A DNA stretch of 49,943 bases from a bacterium. GTDB taxonomy: Bacteria; Zhuqueibacterota; Zhuqueibacteria; Oceanimicrobiales; Oceanimicrobiaceae. Positions 38,471-47,590 of the stretch are shown here, piece by piece. Within the stretch, counting starts at the first letter, position 1; each line of letters starts with the position of its first letter. The stretch covers positions 1-49,943 of the forward strand of contig JBHHYI010000009.1 in NCBI GenBank assembly GCA_046757525.1. The letters run 5' to 3'. Under the pieces are notes generated by a model. The model was not told where the DNA came from. It did not search any database and saw nothing but the letters and a program-made list of their open reading frames with translations. A program made the position numbers and the translations under genes.

Positions 38471-39351
38471 CTGTAAGCTACCAGGCCACGCTAATCATTC
38501 CAACCCTGAACCGGAAAGAGAGCCTCTTAAACACGCTGCGCAGCTTGTCAGGGAGCTTGCCACCCGATACCGAAGTTTTGGTCGTGGACCAGTCGTCGTC
38601 GAAAGATCGTGGTTTGTTAGCGGAGATTGAGGCTACCTTGCCCGTTGCCCGGTATTTTCATCACGAACACGTTGGATTGCCCGCGGCGCGCAACTTTGGT
38701 GTGGCTCAGAGCAAGGCTGAAATTGTGGCTTTCTGTGACGACGATGTGGAAGTTGCCGAGGGTTTCTTGCGGGCCCACTTAGAGAATTACCAGGACGCAA
38801 GAATCGGCGCAGTCGTTGGCCGGGTGCTGGGTGTTGAGTCAGAACCAGGCAAGAGGCTGGCGAAAGCTACCGGCAGAATCAGCCGTTGGTCCGGCAACCA
38901 AACCGACAACTTTGATTCCTTGATTAAACAAGAGGTAGACCACGGGCAGGGCTGCAATTTTTCCTTTCGCAGAAAGGTGCTGCAGCAAATCGGGGGATTC
39001 GACTGCCGCTTCGCTGGCAGCGCCTTCCTGGAGGACGCTGATGCCTGTCTCAGGGTGAAGAAAGCGGGCTACAAAGTCTTGTTTGAACCAGAGGCCACTT
39101 TGACCCATTACAAGAACCAAACGGGCGGTTGCCGTCTAAACAAACCGGAGCATTGGTACTACTGGTACGGTCACAATTTTGTGCTGCTGTTCCTGAAGAA
39201 CTACTCCAGGCTTTCTTTGCCGTTCTTCCTTTTTTATCGTTTTGGCAACATTTTAAGAGGTGCCCTGGTGCATTCCAATGCCAATATTCTGAGACTTGGG
39301 CTTTTAGGCATGCTGAACGGTTACCATTCTTACAAAAATGGCAAAATCTGA
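38467..39351 (+). CDS. glycosyltransferase family 2
   Basis: LIIPTLNR, VVDQSS, AARNFG, FCDDD, GCNFS, LEDAD. Confidence 0.93.
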   Translation: MTVSYQATLIIPTLNRKESLLNTLRSLSGSLPPDTEVLVVDQSSSKDRGLLAEIEATLPVARYFHHEHVGLPAARNFGVAQSKAEIVAFCDDDVEVAEGFLRAHLENYQDARIGAVVGRVLGVESEPGKRLAKATGRISRWSGNQTDNFDSLIKQEVDHGQGCNFSFRRKVLQQIGGFDCRFAGSAFLEDADACLRVKKAGYKVLFEPEATLTHYKNQTGGCRLNKPEHWYYWYGHNFVLLFLKNYSRLSLPFFLFYRFGNILRGALVHSNANILRLGLLGMLNGYHSYKNGKI

Positions 39352-40516
39352 AACACGAAATCCGAAGCACCTGGTTCTGCTGGTAACCAACGATTTTCCT
39401 CCCATCGTGAGCGGCATCTCTACCTACTTTTATCAACTGTGCAAGAGGGCCTCTTCCGACGGCCTGATTCTCCTGGTGCCGAGACAAAGCGGGGCGACTG
39501 TGGCCGCGGATTTTCCGGCTAAAATCATCCGACGGTGGTGTCCAGTAGGGGAGTCAAGAGTGGCAAAATACGTCAAGACTTTCTTAAATATCTTCTGGAC
39601 TGTGGTTGCAGTCAAGCGCCACCCGATTGGCAAGATTCTCTGTGGGCAGATTCTCTCCAACGGCCTGGCGGGACTCCTTTGCAAGCGATGGTTTGGCTTG
39701 CCGTTCGTCGTCTTTGTCTACGGTTCGGAAACTCTGCGTTTAGGAAGCGGGCGTTTGGGTCGTCGCTTACTTCAGACGATTACCGCCCAGGCGGAGCAGG
39801 TAGTGGTCAACAGTGAATTCACCAGGCGTGAATATCTCCATTTTGGTGTAGCCAAAAGCAAGCTGGTAAAGATTTCGCCGGGCGTCGATGTCGAAATATT
39901 CAAGCCTGGAGACAAAAACAAGGCACTGCTTCGCCGGCTTCATTTGAATGGTGAAAAGATTCTTCTGTCCGTTTCTCGTTTGGATGAGCGCAAAGGTCAC
40001 CGACAGGTTTTACACAGCCTCAAGCAATGGTCCGGGCAGCCGACCAGAGTCAAGTATTTGGTCGTTGGAACCGGTCGGGAGGAGGGCCGGCTCAAAGATC
40101 TGGTGCGTGACCTTGATCTCCAGGAGACTGTCGTTTTCACGGGACCGGTGCCGGACCAGGAGCTGGCACAGTACTATCGTCTGTGCGACATCTTCGTTCT
40201 GCCAAATTGCGAAACGCACCAGGACCCGCGCTTGCGGGGCGACTACGAAGGGTTTGGGATCGTGTTTTTGGAAGCAGCGGCCTGTGGCAAGCCTGTAATC
40301 GCCGGCCTTTCGGGAGGCGTGGAAGATGCCGTGGTGCACAACCAAACAGGACTCCTGGTCGAACCCCAGAACACACGTGAACTGACCGCTGCCATCGAGC
40401 GTCTGGTCGAAAATCCCGAGTTGTGCGCCAGAATGGGCCGGTGCGGTCGCAGGCGGGCTGTCGCCGAATTCAACTGGGACGACTTAGCCCGAAAATTCGA
40501 AAGGCTGCTATGCTAA
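39338..40516 (+). CDS. glycosyltransferase family 4 (PimB-like)
   Basis: VTNDFPPIVSGI, PGVD, SRLDERKG, EGFGIVFLEAAACGKPVI. Confidence 0.93.
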   Translation: MAKSETRNPKHLVLLVTNDFPPIVSGISTYFYQLCKRASSDGLILLVPRQSGATVAADFPAKIIRRWCPVGESRVAKYVKTFLNIFWTVVAVKRHPIGKILCGQILSNGLAGLLCKRWFGLPFVVFVYGSETLRLGSGRLGRRLLQTITAQAEQVVVNSEFTRREYLHFGVAKSKLVKISPGVDVEIFKPGDKNKALLRRLHLNGEKILLSVSRLDERKGHRQVLHSLKQWSGQPTRVKYLVVGTGREEGRLKDLVRDLDLQETVVFTGPVPDQELAQYYRLCDIFVLPNCETHQDPRLRGDYEGFGIVFLEAAACGKPVIAGLSGGVEDAVVHNQTGLLVEPQNTRELTAAIERLVENPELCARMGRCGRRRAVAEFNWDDLARKFERLLC

Positions 40517-41139
40517 CGTTGGGCTGGATCTTTGGCCGCAACCATGACCGTGGTTTGCTGGGCCCGCTAACTTCAAAGATTCGTGAAGAGGCGGCGCAGC
40601 GCATTGGGGAGACGTCCGGCTCGGTTCTGGACCTCGGTTGTGGCAACGGACTGTTTTTCGACCTGCTCAACCAAAACGCAGAGGCGCACGTTTTCGGGTT
40701 GGACCGTTCCAGAGAACTGCTCGAGCAGGCCCGGGCGAAGATGAATCGGACACCGTTCAAAGCAGTCGACTTTCTCATTGGCGACGCTTTTGCATTGCCC
40801 TTCAAGACTAACCACTTTCAGCGTGTGGTTTGCTTAAACCTCCTGTTGAACCTGAGGGAAAAGTCTGACATTCATCGACTGTTGCGTGAGGTCTGGCGCG
40901 TTTGTGACAGCCGGGCGCGGCTCATCGTCGACATTCGCAATCTGAACAATCCAATCGTGCGAGTTAAATACTGGCTGCACCAATGGTACGGAAATTTCCC
41001 CACCAAAGCTTATGTAAGCGGTGAAATTGCCGAAATGTTAAAGCAAGTCGGCTTCAGAATTGTCGAGATTAAGCCCGTTGGTCCGGTGAGTTGGCTCATC
41101 CCTTTTGCTTATTTGATTGAAGCCGAAAAGTCAGACTGA
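40510..41139 (+). CDS. class I SAM-dependent methyltransferase
   Basis: VLDLGCGNG, GLDRS, GDAFALPF, REVWRV; ATG 40510 overlaps the upstream gene's end. Confidence 0.88.
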   Translation: MLTLGWIFGRNHDRGLLGPLTSKIREEAAQRIGETSGSVLDLGCGNGLFFDLLNQNAEAHVFGLDRSRELLEQARAKMNRTPFKAVDFLIGDAFALPFKTNHFQRVVCLNLLLNLREKSDIHRLLREVWRVCDSRARLIVDIRNLNNPIVRVKYWLHQWYGNFPTKAYVSGEIAEMLKQVGFRIVEIKPVGPVSWLIPFAYLIEAEKSD

Positions 41140-41179
41140 GACTCGCAATGAAACGGCGGTTATTGCACCTTAGACGAAA

Positions 41180-42487
41180 TTGGAAAACGCAGTGAACTTG
41201 AAAATCCCTTCGGCGGCGACACCGATTCGGTTGCACGATATTTCGGCAGGCCTGCGGCCGGCTATTCACTCGAAGGCTTCTGATTTTCGCGACATTTTTT
41301 CGGGATTTACCGGTCTTCCTTTTTGCTATTTTGTCAATTCAGGCACGGCGGCCTTTTACGTGATTCTGAAAGCTCTGAGTCGCCTGTCGCCTGCTAACGA
41401 GGTCATCTTGCCCGCTTACACTGCGCCTTCTCTGATCCTGCCGGTTCGAAAAGCGGGTCTTAGACCCGTGCTGTGCGATGTGGACAAAGAGAGCTACGGC
41501 TTTGACACCATTCGTTTGTCCCCACTGATCAATCGCAATACACTCTGCGTGGTGGTGGTGCACATGTTTGGCCTGCCTGGCGACGTCAGACAGGTCAAAG
41601 GCAGGCTCAAGAACAAGGGGGTCTTTATTGTCGAAGATGCGGCCTCTTCTTTAGGATCCGAAATCCGTGGTGCCAGGGCGGGTAGCCTGGGAGACGTGAG
41701 CTTTTTCAGCTTCAACCGCGGCAAAAACCTGACCACCTATTGTGGCGGTTGCATTGCCACGCGAATGCCGAGCATTGCCAACGAGGTAGAACAGGTTCTC
41801 AGTTCCGTCATAAGACGAAAACCCCTCTTTGACCTCCTGGTGCCGTTTAAATTGACCGTGCTGAGCCTGGCCATGCGGCCGCTTGTTTACACGGCTTTGT
41901 TTAAGCTCATCAGCCAATTTAAGCACACCCGGTTGCACTACGATTTCGATTGCTTTCAATTCACCAGATTTCAGGCAAAAGTTGGGAAAGCCCTGTTCCA
42001 GCGGTTGGAGCAGATCCGGTTGCGCCGTCATGAAAACGGCAGGTTACTGTTGCGCGGTCTGCAAGGCTTGCCCGGGCTGACCCTGCCGCGGGTCGATCCC
42101 AACACGTTTGTGGTGTTTAACCAGTTCCCGGTGCTGGTGGACGACCAGGGTGTACGCAAGGCGCTTTTGGAGAGATTGCTCGGGCTTGGTCTTGAAGCAA
42201 CCACCCTCTACCCGGAACCGATGCAGAAAGTTTATCCCGAACTCAATTTGGGGGCAACTCAAGATTTGTTTCCAGTTGCTTCCTATATTGCCGAACATTT
42301 GCTCTTGCTGCCCGTGCATCCTTTGGTGCCAAAAGCCAGGTTGCAACAAGCGGTTGCGGTTTTTAGAAGCACTGTGCACGCGTTGTCTGCTTTGACACCC
42401 AAGGAACGACCGAAGCGTTTTTTAGAAGCAAGGGGCAAGTCATCCCGAGTAGGTCACTGCTGTTCAGGTGACCGTATCGAGGGGTGA
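41180..42487 (+). CDS. DegT/DnrJ-like PLP-dependent aminotransferase, atypical subfamily
   Basis: NSGTAA, EVILPAYT, VHMFG, VEDAASS, FSFNRGKN (Lys retained), LLLPVHP. The last ~17 codons derive from repeat module A. Confidence 0.8.
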   Translation: MENAVNLKIPSAATPIRLHDISAGLRPAIHSKASDFRDIFSGFTGLPFCYFVNSGTAAFYVILKALSRLSPANEVILPAYTAPSLILPVRKAGLRPVLCDVDKESYGFDTIRLSPLINRNTLCVVVVHMFGLPGDVRQVKGRLKNKGVFIVEDAASSLGSEIRGARAGSLGDVSFFSFNRGKNLTTYCGGCIATRMPSIANEVEQVLSSVIRRKPLFDLLVPFKLTVLSLAMRPLVYTALFKLISQFKHTRLHYDFDCFQFTRFQAKVGKALFQRLEQIRLRRHENGRLLLRGLQGLPGLTLPRVDPNTFVVFNQFPVLVDDQGVRKALLERLLGLGLEATTLYPEPMQKVYPELNLGATQDLFPVASYIAEHLLLLPVHPLVPKARLQQAVAVFRSTVHALSALTPKERPKRFLEARGKSSRVGHCCSGDRIEG

Positions 42488-42822
42488 CGGGCGTCGCCCT
42501 TCGGTACGTCCCGACCCAAAAGCAGTCGGGATCTCAAACGGTGACCTTCTTTGAGAAGGTTACCGTTTAACAACCCATTGCAAAGAATCCCCCTTTGTGA
42601 AGGGGGACGGTTTTTGAAGCGTCCAGCAAAAAAACCAGGAGGATTTTATGAGCCGTCCTGAAATCCCAGGCCAAAGAGGCTGCTGGTCAGACATCCCTCT
42701 GATTTTCGCTCTGGACGAGCGAAAATTTGTCTCCCTTCAAAGGGAGAATTGGCTATGGAAAAAATCAGGCATCTGCCTGACGCAATCGAGACAATTGCGT
42801 TACGTACAAGAGAGCGTTTCCT
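42413..42822. repeat. composite repeat cluster 3 (inverted A, F, hairpin, D, C, B)
   Basis: A' 42438-42492, F' 42503-42533, 15-bp hairpin 42536-42568, D' 42586-42663, C' 42688-42752, B' 42781-42822. These are reverse complements of modules in cluster 1. Confidence 0.9.
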
Positions 42823-42895
42823 GAAAGCGTGGTTGCACGTCCGTGTGTCCGCAGGGACCACTTTGAACGCGCTGGCTATTTAATGAAGTGTTGAA

Positions 42896-44062
42896 ATGCT
42901 GCCCATTCGCAACATAAACCGAAACCTGCAAAAGGTGCTCAGTCAGCCACACTACGCATGGAGTGCGGCTAAGCAGCGCTTTAAATCCTATCTCTCTTAC
43001 CGCTTCTTAAATGGCCGCAGCGCCTATCCTGAAACGCTGTCCTTTTTTTTGAACTACCGCTGCAACTTGCGTTGTCCCATGTGTGGTCAGTGGGGCGATT
43101 CTGGCGCGTTCAAAGATTTTTCTTCAGAGAAGCTCAAACAGAATCTCTCTTTAGATGCTGTCAAGGCCGTCCTTGAAGACGTCAAGGACTTCAAACCCAC
43201 CATTACCCTGTTTGGCGGCGAACCCATGATGCACAAGGATTGGATCGAGATTCTGCGCTGCGTCAAGACCGCCGGCCTGAGGTGCAACATCGTAACCAAC
43301 GGGACTTTGTTGAGCAAATACGCGGAGCCCATCGTCGACCTGCAACTGGATGAAATCATCTTTTCTTTAGACGGCCCGCGTGAGATTCACGACGCCATGC
43401 GTGGCAAGCCTGGTACTTTTGATCGCGCCCTGGAGGGCTTCACCAGGCTCAATGCCCTGAAAAGAGAGCAGAAACGCAAACGCCCGCTGGTCAATTTCAA
43501 TTGCACGATTTATGAAAACAATTATCGACAGTTAGAGGCGCTGCTGGAAATCGCCGAGAGGGTCCAGGCCTGCTCCATCACGTTCCATCATCTGCTTTTC
43601 ATCAATTCGGAGATTAACAACCGCCACAATGGCATCTTTGAGGCCCACTTTGGCCACCGTTGCCACGAATGGTCCGGGTTCGTGCGCGAGAATTTACCGG
43701 CCATAGATCCCGAGGTGCTCATCGAAAAAGTCAAGGCCATTAGCAGAACCAAGTCCCGGATTCGGGTAAACTTTTACCCAAATTTTACCCCGGCGGAGAT
43801 TCGCAGCTACTACACTTCGTTCGAGTTTACTTCAACCAGTTATCGCAACCGCTGTCTCAGTCTTTGGATGGCAGCTTACATTTTCCCCAACGGCGACGTG
43901 CGGCCTTATCACAGCATGGATTACACGCTTGGAAATGTGCAGCAGAGCACCTTCAAAGAAATCTGGAACAACGAAAAGTTTCAAGTTTACCGCAGGTTTA
44001 TTAAGAGGAACAGAAAATTCCCCGTGTGTGCCAAAGGGTGCACGGAGTTCTATCGCTATTGA
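42896..44062 (+). CDS. radical SAM protein with SPASM/twitch-like domain
   Basis: CNLRCPMC, GGEP, TNG, SLDG, RC...W...YIFPNGDVRPY...LGN...CAKGC. Confidence 0.92.
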   Translation: MLPIRNINRNLQKVLSQPHYAWSAAKQRFKSYLSYRFLNGRSAYPETLSFFLNYRCNLRCPMCGQWGDSGAFKDFSSEKLKQNLSLDAVKAVLEDVKDFKPTITLFGGEPMMHKDWIEILRCVKTAGLRCNIVTNGTLLSKYAEPIVDLQLDEIIFSLDGPREIHDAMRGKPGTFDRALEGFTRLNALKREQKRKRPLVNFNCTIYENNYRQLEALLEIAERVQACSITFHHLLFINSEINNRHNGIFEAHFGHRCHEWSGFVRENLPAIDPEVLIEKVKAISRTKSRIRVNFYPNFTPAEIRSYYTSFEFTSTSYRNRCLSLWMAAYIFPNGDVRPYHSMDYTLGNVQQSTFKEIWNNEKFQVYRRFIKRNRKFPVCAKGCTEFYRY

Positions 44063-44273
44063 GGATCTGAAATGTGGTAGTGAACGTTTGGTAACTTCAA
44101 GATTTCTCGTCGGGCCATGGCCTGACTGGAAATGACAAGGCGGCTGCAAGTGGTTGGCAGGCAGCACGATAGTTCAAGGTGCGTTTCTTAGGCGCAAGGT
44201 GCGAGTCATCCCGAGTAGGTCACCGCTGTTCAGGTGACCGTATCGAGGGGTGACGGGCTTCGACACGAAATGG

Positions 44274-44391
44274 GGCTGTCCAAAAAGGGATGCTGGCAGA
44301 ACGTAACTCGACATTTATGTCGAGAAATTAGCCTTGAGCTCCGCGACATGAATGTCGCATTACGAACTCTGCACGGGCTTTTTGGACAGCC
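44274..44391. mobile_element. MITE-like element with 14-bp terminal inverted repeats carrying a REP-like doublet
   Basis: GGCTGTCCAAAAAG (44274-44287) and CTTTTTGGACAGCC (44378-44391) form a perfect IR; the interior is duplicated at 27187-27291; no ORF. Confidence 0.6.
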
Positions 44392-44687
44392 ACACGGTTT
44401 TTGAAGCGTCCAGCGAAAAAACCAGGGGGATTTTAGGAGGCGTTCTGAAATCCTAAGTCACGGTTCGGGCGGTCAGACATCCCTCTGATTTTCGCTCTGA
44501 ACGAGCGAAAATCTGTCTCCCCTCAAGGGGAGCATTGTACTCGCAATCGCGACGATTGCGTTACGAAGAGCACTGTGCGGGTCATCCCCTTCTCGTTCCA
44601 AAGTTTTATTTTGGAACGCAATTGGTAAAGAAGCTTCGATTCGATAGGCAGCTCGAACTCCTCGAAGCGGAGCTTCTTGGGCAAGTG

Positions 44688-44814
44688 CGTGGGGGTGTCC
44701 AAAAAGTCGCAAAAGAGTGGCTGTGTTGTCATTCCTGCGAAAGCAGGAATCCAGAAAAACAATAGCTTATAGATTCCCGCTTTCGCGAGAATGACAGAAT
44801 TGGACAGCCCCACG
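44688..44814. mobile_element. MITE-like element with the same TIR family and different cargo
   Basis: CGTGGGGGTGTCCAA and TTGGACAGCCCCACG (14/15 IR) enclose GTCATTCCTGCGAAAGCAGGAATCC...GATTCCCGCTTTCGCGAGAATGAC. Confidence 0.55.
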
Positions 44815-44905
44815 AGAGCTGCGGCTTAAGTTGACGCCTATCGGTAGTTGACGGACCCTCTCGATTCTTGTAGAAAAGATTTAAGGTATATTGGCATTTG
44901 TTGCA

Positions 44906-46108
44906 ATGACAAATAACACAACACATTTTTCCGAACCCGGGATCAAAAAGATTCTGTTGATCGTTACCAGGCTTGACAAGGGCGGTTCAGCCGAGTCTAC
45001 CCTGTACCTGGCCAGGCGTTTGAAAGAACGTGGTCACCTGGTCCATTTGATTTCCGGCAGAACACAAGAGCCCGAGACCGATTTAGAAGCGTTTGCACAG
45101 CAAACGGGAGTTCCCATCGTTTTTCTTCCTTGTCTGCGACGCAACCTCAATCCGTTTCGCGATTTTCTGGCTTTCCTGAAACTCCTGGGCTTGATGAAGC
45201 GCATTCGGCCTCAGATCGTCCATACGCACTCTTCCAAAGCCGGCATTTTGGGCCGCCTGGCTGGTTGGCTGCTCAGGGTGCCTGTGATTGTGCACACGCC
45301 ACACGGCCACGTCTTTTACGGCTACTTTAATCGGATTAAAACGAAGCTCTTTGTTCTCGCCGAAAGATGGGCCGCGCGTTTTACCGACCGAATTGTGGCC
45401 CTGACCGAACGCGGCAAGCAAGAGCACATGGCTTTAGGCATAGCCAGCGCTGACAAATTTCAAGTGATTCCTTGCGGCATTTCTCTCCAAAGGTTTCTGG
45501 CTTCTGCATCAACCAATGGAAGAATCAGAATGGAATTGGGTATTTCCGACCGCGAATTTGTCATTGGTTGGGCCGGTCGGCTGGTGCCGGTGAAAGGGTG
45601 TGAGATATTCTTGCGCGCCGGCCAGCACGTGCTGCGAAAGTTTCCAGAGGCCAGGCTCTTAATCGTCGGCGACGGGGTCTTGCGCAAGAGCCTGGAAGCA
45701 CTTTGTGTGGAGCTTGGCATGGCCGACGCCACGCTGTTTGCAGGCATGCGAACCGACATGCCCGAGGTACTACGCGCTGTGGATTTGTTTGTGCACACTT
45801 CGTACAACGAAGGCTTGGGGCGCGTCATCCTGGAGGCCATGGCTTGTGGTGCGCCGGTCATTGCTACCGCGGTTGGCGGAGTGCCTGACCTCATTCAACC
45901 CGGCCGGACCGGATTCCTGGTTCCACCAGGCGATGTGTCAGAATTAGCTGAGAAGATCGGTGCTTGCATTCGCCAAAAGGACCGACGGACAAGCATTGTT
46001 GTGGCAGCCAGGAAGCAGTTACCATCATTTGATGTCGAAAACATGGTCAGCCAGGTCGAAGCCTTGTACCGAGAGATTTGGGATTCAAAGGTGTCAGCGA
46101 ATTCATGA
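44906..46108 (+). CDS. glycosyltransferase family 4
   Basis: TRLDKGG, IVHTHSSKAGILGRLA, HTPHGH, GRLVPVKG, NEGLGRVILEAMA. Confidence 0.94.
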   Translation: MTNNTTHFSEPGIKKILLIVTRLDKGGSAESTLYLARRLKERGHLVHLISGRTQEPETDLEAFAQQTGVPIVFLPCLRRNLNPFRDFLAFLKLLGLMKRIRPQIVHTHSSKAGILGRLAGWLLRVPVIVHTPHGHVFYGYFNRIKTKLFVLAERWAARFTDRIVALTERGKQEHMALGIASADKFQVIPCGISLQRFLASASTNGRIRMELGISDREFVIGWAGRLVPVKGCEIFLRAGQHVLRKFPEARLLIVGDGVLRKSLEALCVELGMADATLFAGMRTDMPEVLRAVDLFVHTSYNEGLGRVILEAMACGAPVIATAVGGVPDLIQPGRTGFLVPPGDVSELAEKIGACIRQKDRRTSIVVAARKQLPSFDVENMVSQVEALYREIWDSKVSANS

Positions 46109-47580
46109 GACGAAGCCCCCAATTAACCGCTTTCTTCCTAATCCTAATCACAGTGGTGGGAAACTCCGTCTCTGGCCAGGAGCAATATGTCAAGTTGCGG
46201 GTAGGAATGCACATTGGTTCAAAAGTCAGCGACGGGCACTTTACCATTGAAGAAATCTCTGCCTTGTTGGCCAAAAACCATTTAGACGTTGGCATTTTGA
46301 ATGATCATTTTCAGATGGAAGTCGAGTACGGATTGTTCCCCTGGCGAAAACTAATACGCAAAAGAGTTCAATTGCCTTCTGTGTGCTCTTTTGGCATCGA
46401 GAAATATTTAGCGGAAGTCAAACAAAGCCAGGAATCGGGTTCTACCTGTCTGTTGCCAGGCACGGAAGTGGCGGCGTTTTATTACTGGCAGGGCAATCCG
46501 CTGCGCCGGAATCTGAGGCTGCGCAATTGGCACCGGCACATGCTGGTGTTTGGCTTGAACTCGGCAGCGGATTTTGAAGGAATCCCCACGGTTTCCAATA
46601 ATACCCCCTCACGTCTTTCAGCCCGCAGCTTGTTGGATTTGCTCTACACCGGGCTATTTCTTTGGGGGGTCAAGATTTTCAAGAAGCGGCGATTCAGGAA
46701 GGTATTTTTTCGGGGCATGGCCTATCGGGTGGCGAGCAACAAAAACAGATTCTCCGGTGCCGCACTAATGGTCGGGGTTTTGTTGTTTTTAGTCAACGAT
46801 TTTCCATTTACCACAAAATTGTATTCCCCCTACCAGGGTGACCAGGGTGCTTTGCCTTACCAGCATTTGATCGATTACGTTATCGGGCACGGCGGTCTGG
46901 TTTTTTGGGCCCATCCGGAGAAAGGGCCGCACACTCAAATGGACGGGGTTGCAGTTGACACCGAGCCGTATCCGGAACTGCTTTATCAGACGCAGAAGTA
47001 CACCGGCTTTGCCATCTTTTGGGAAGGTATGAAGCGGATCGGGTTGCCCGGTGGCATCTGGGATGACCTGCTTACCGAATACTGTCTGGGCCGCCGGGAC
47101 AAACCGGTTTGGGCCGTGGGTGAGCTGGATTTCGAAGAATCAGCGCAGGATTCATTGCTCAGAGAAACCTCGACCATCCTGCTGGCTCGCAGCAGCAGCG
47201 TCGACGACATTTTGGATGCCTTCCGCAAGGGTCGCATGTATGCCACGCGGAATTTTGCAGCCGACTTTTTACAACTCGAGGACTTTTCGGTGTTTGGCAA
47301 GCAGGAAGCGTCAAAAGCAGTCATGGGAGAAACGCTGCACAGTTCGCAGGCCCCGCGGGTTCAGATCGGGGTCCAGGCTTCCAGGAGTTCCAATTTTACT
47401 GTGCAGTTGATTCGTGACGGCAAGATCATCGGAGAATTCAACTTCAATAAATCTTTAAAAAAAATGTATTTTGATGAAGATTTACCCCAAAATGGTCGAC
47501 ATTACTACCGTGTGTTCATCTTGGAAAACGACTGGGTGGTTTTAGCCACCAATCCCATTTTTGTCGATTTTGCACATTGA
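46105..47580 (+). CDS. PHP-like metallohydrolase-fold membrane protein
   Basis: Signal/anchor, GMHIGS..SDG, LNDH, PGTE, RHML, WAHP, GELDF, AFRKGRMYA, C-terminal Ig-like HYYRV...TNPIFV, two internal TMs. Confidence 0.6.
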   Translation: MRRSPQLTAFFLILITVVGNSVSGQEQYVKLRVGMHIGSKVSDGHFTIEEISALLAKNHLDVGILNDHFQMEVEYGLFPWRKLIRKRVQLPSVCSFGIEKYLAEVKQSQESGSTCLLPGTEVAAFYYWQGNPLRRNLRLRNWHRHMLVFGLNSAADFEGIPTVSNNTPSRLSARSLLDLLYTGLFLWGVKIFKKRRFRKVFFRGMAYRVASNKNRFSGAALMVGVLLFLVNDFPFTTKLYSPYQGDQGALPYQHLIDYVIGHGGLVFWAHPEKGPHTQMDGVAVDTEPYPELLYQTQKYTGFAIFWEGMKRIGLPGGIWDDLLTEYCLGRRDKPVWAVGELDFEESAQDSLLRETSTILLARSSSVDDILDAFRKGRMYATRNFAADFLQLEDFSVFGKQEASKAVMGETLHSSQAPRVQIGVQASRSSNFTVQLIRDGKIIGEFNFNKSLKKMYFDEDLPQNGRHYYRVFILENDWVVLATNPIFVDFAH

Positions 47581-47590
47581 GGTCAGCGCC

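Larger units (their letters stand above)
44100..44838. repeat. composite repeat cluster 4 (inverted A, TIR element, D, C, B, second TIR element)
   Basis: A' 44201-44258, D' 44394-44450 (truncated), C' 44474-44532, B' 44542-44565, GTCATTCC hairpin pair 44728-44795, solo CTTAAGTTGACG 44825-44836. Confidence 0.9.

Noticed and set aside
42536..42568. Rho-independent terminator
   Set aside because: Strong hairpin but no separate U-tract, and it is embedded in a repeat mosaic between co-oriented genes; treated as a repeat module
44892..44904. sigma54-like TGGCATTTGTTGC
   Set aside because: GG-GC spacing is 8 rather than 10 nt, and it abuts the start codon
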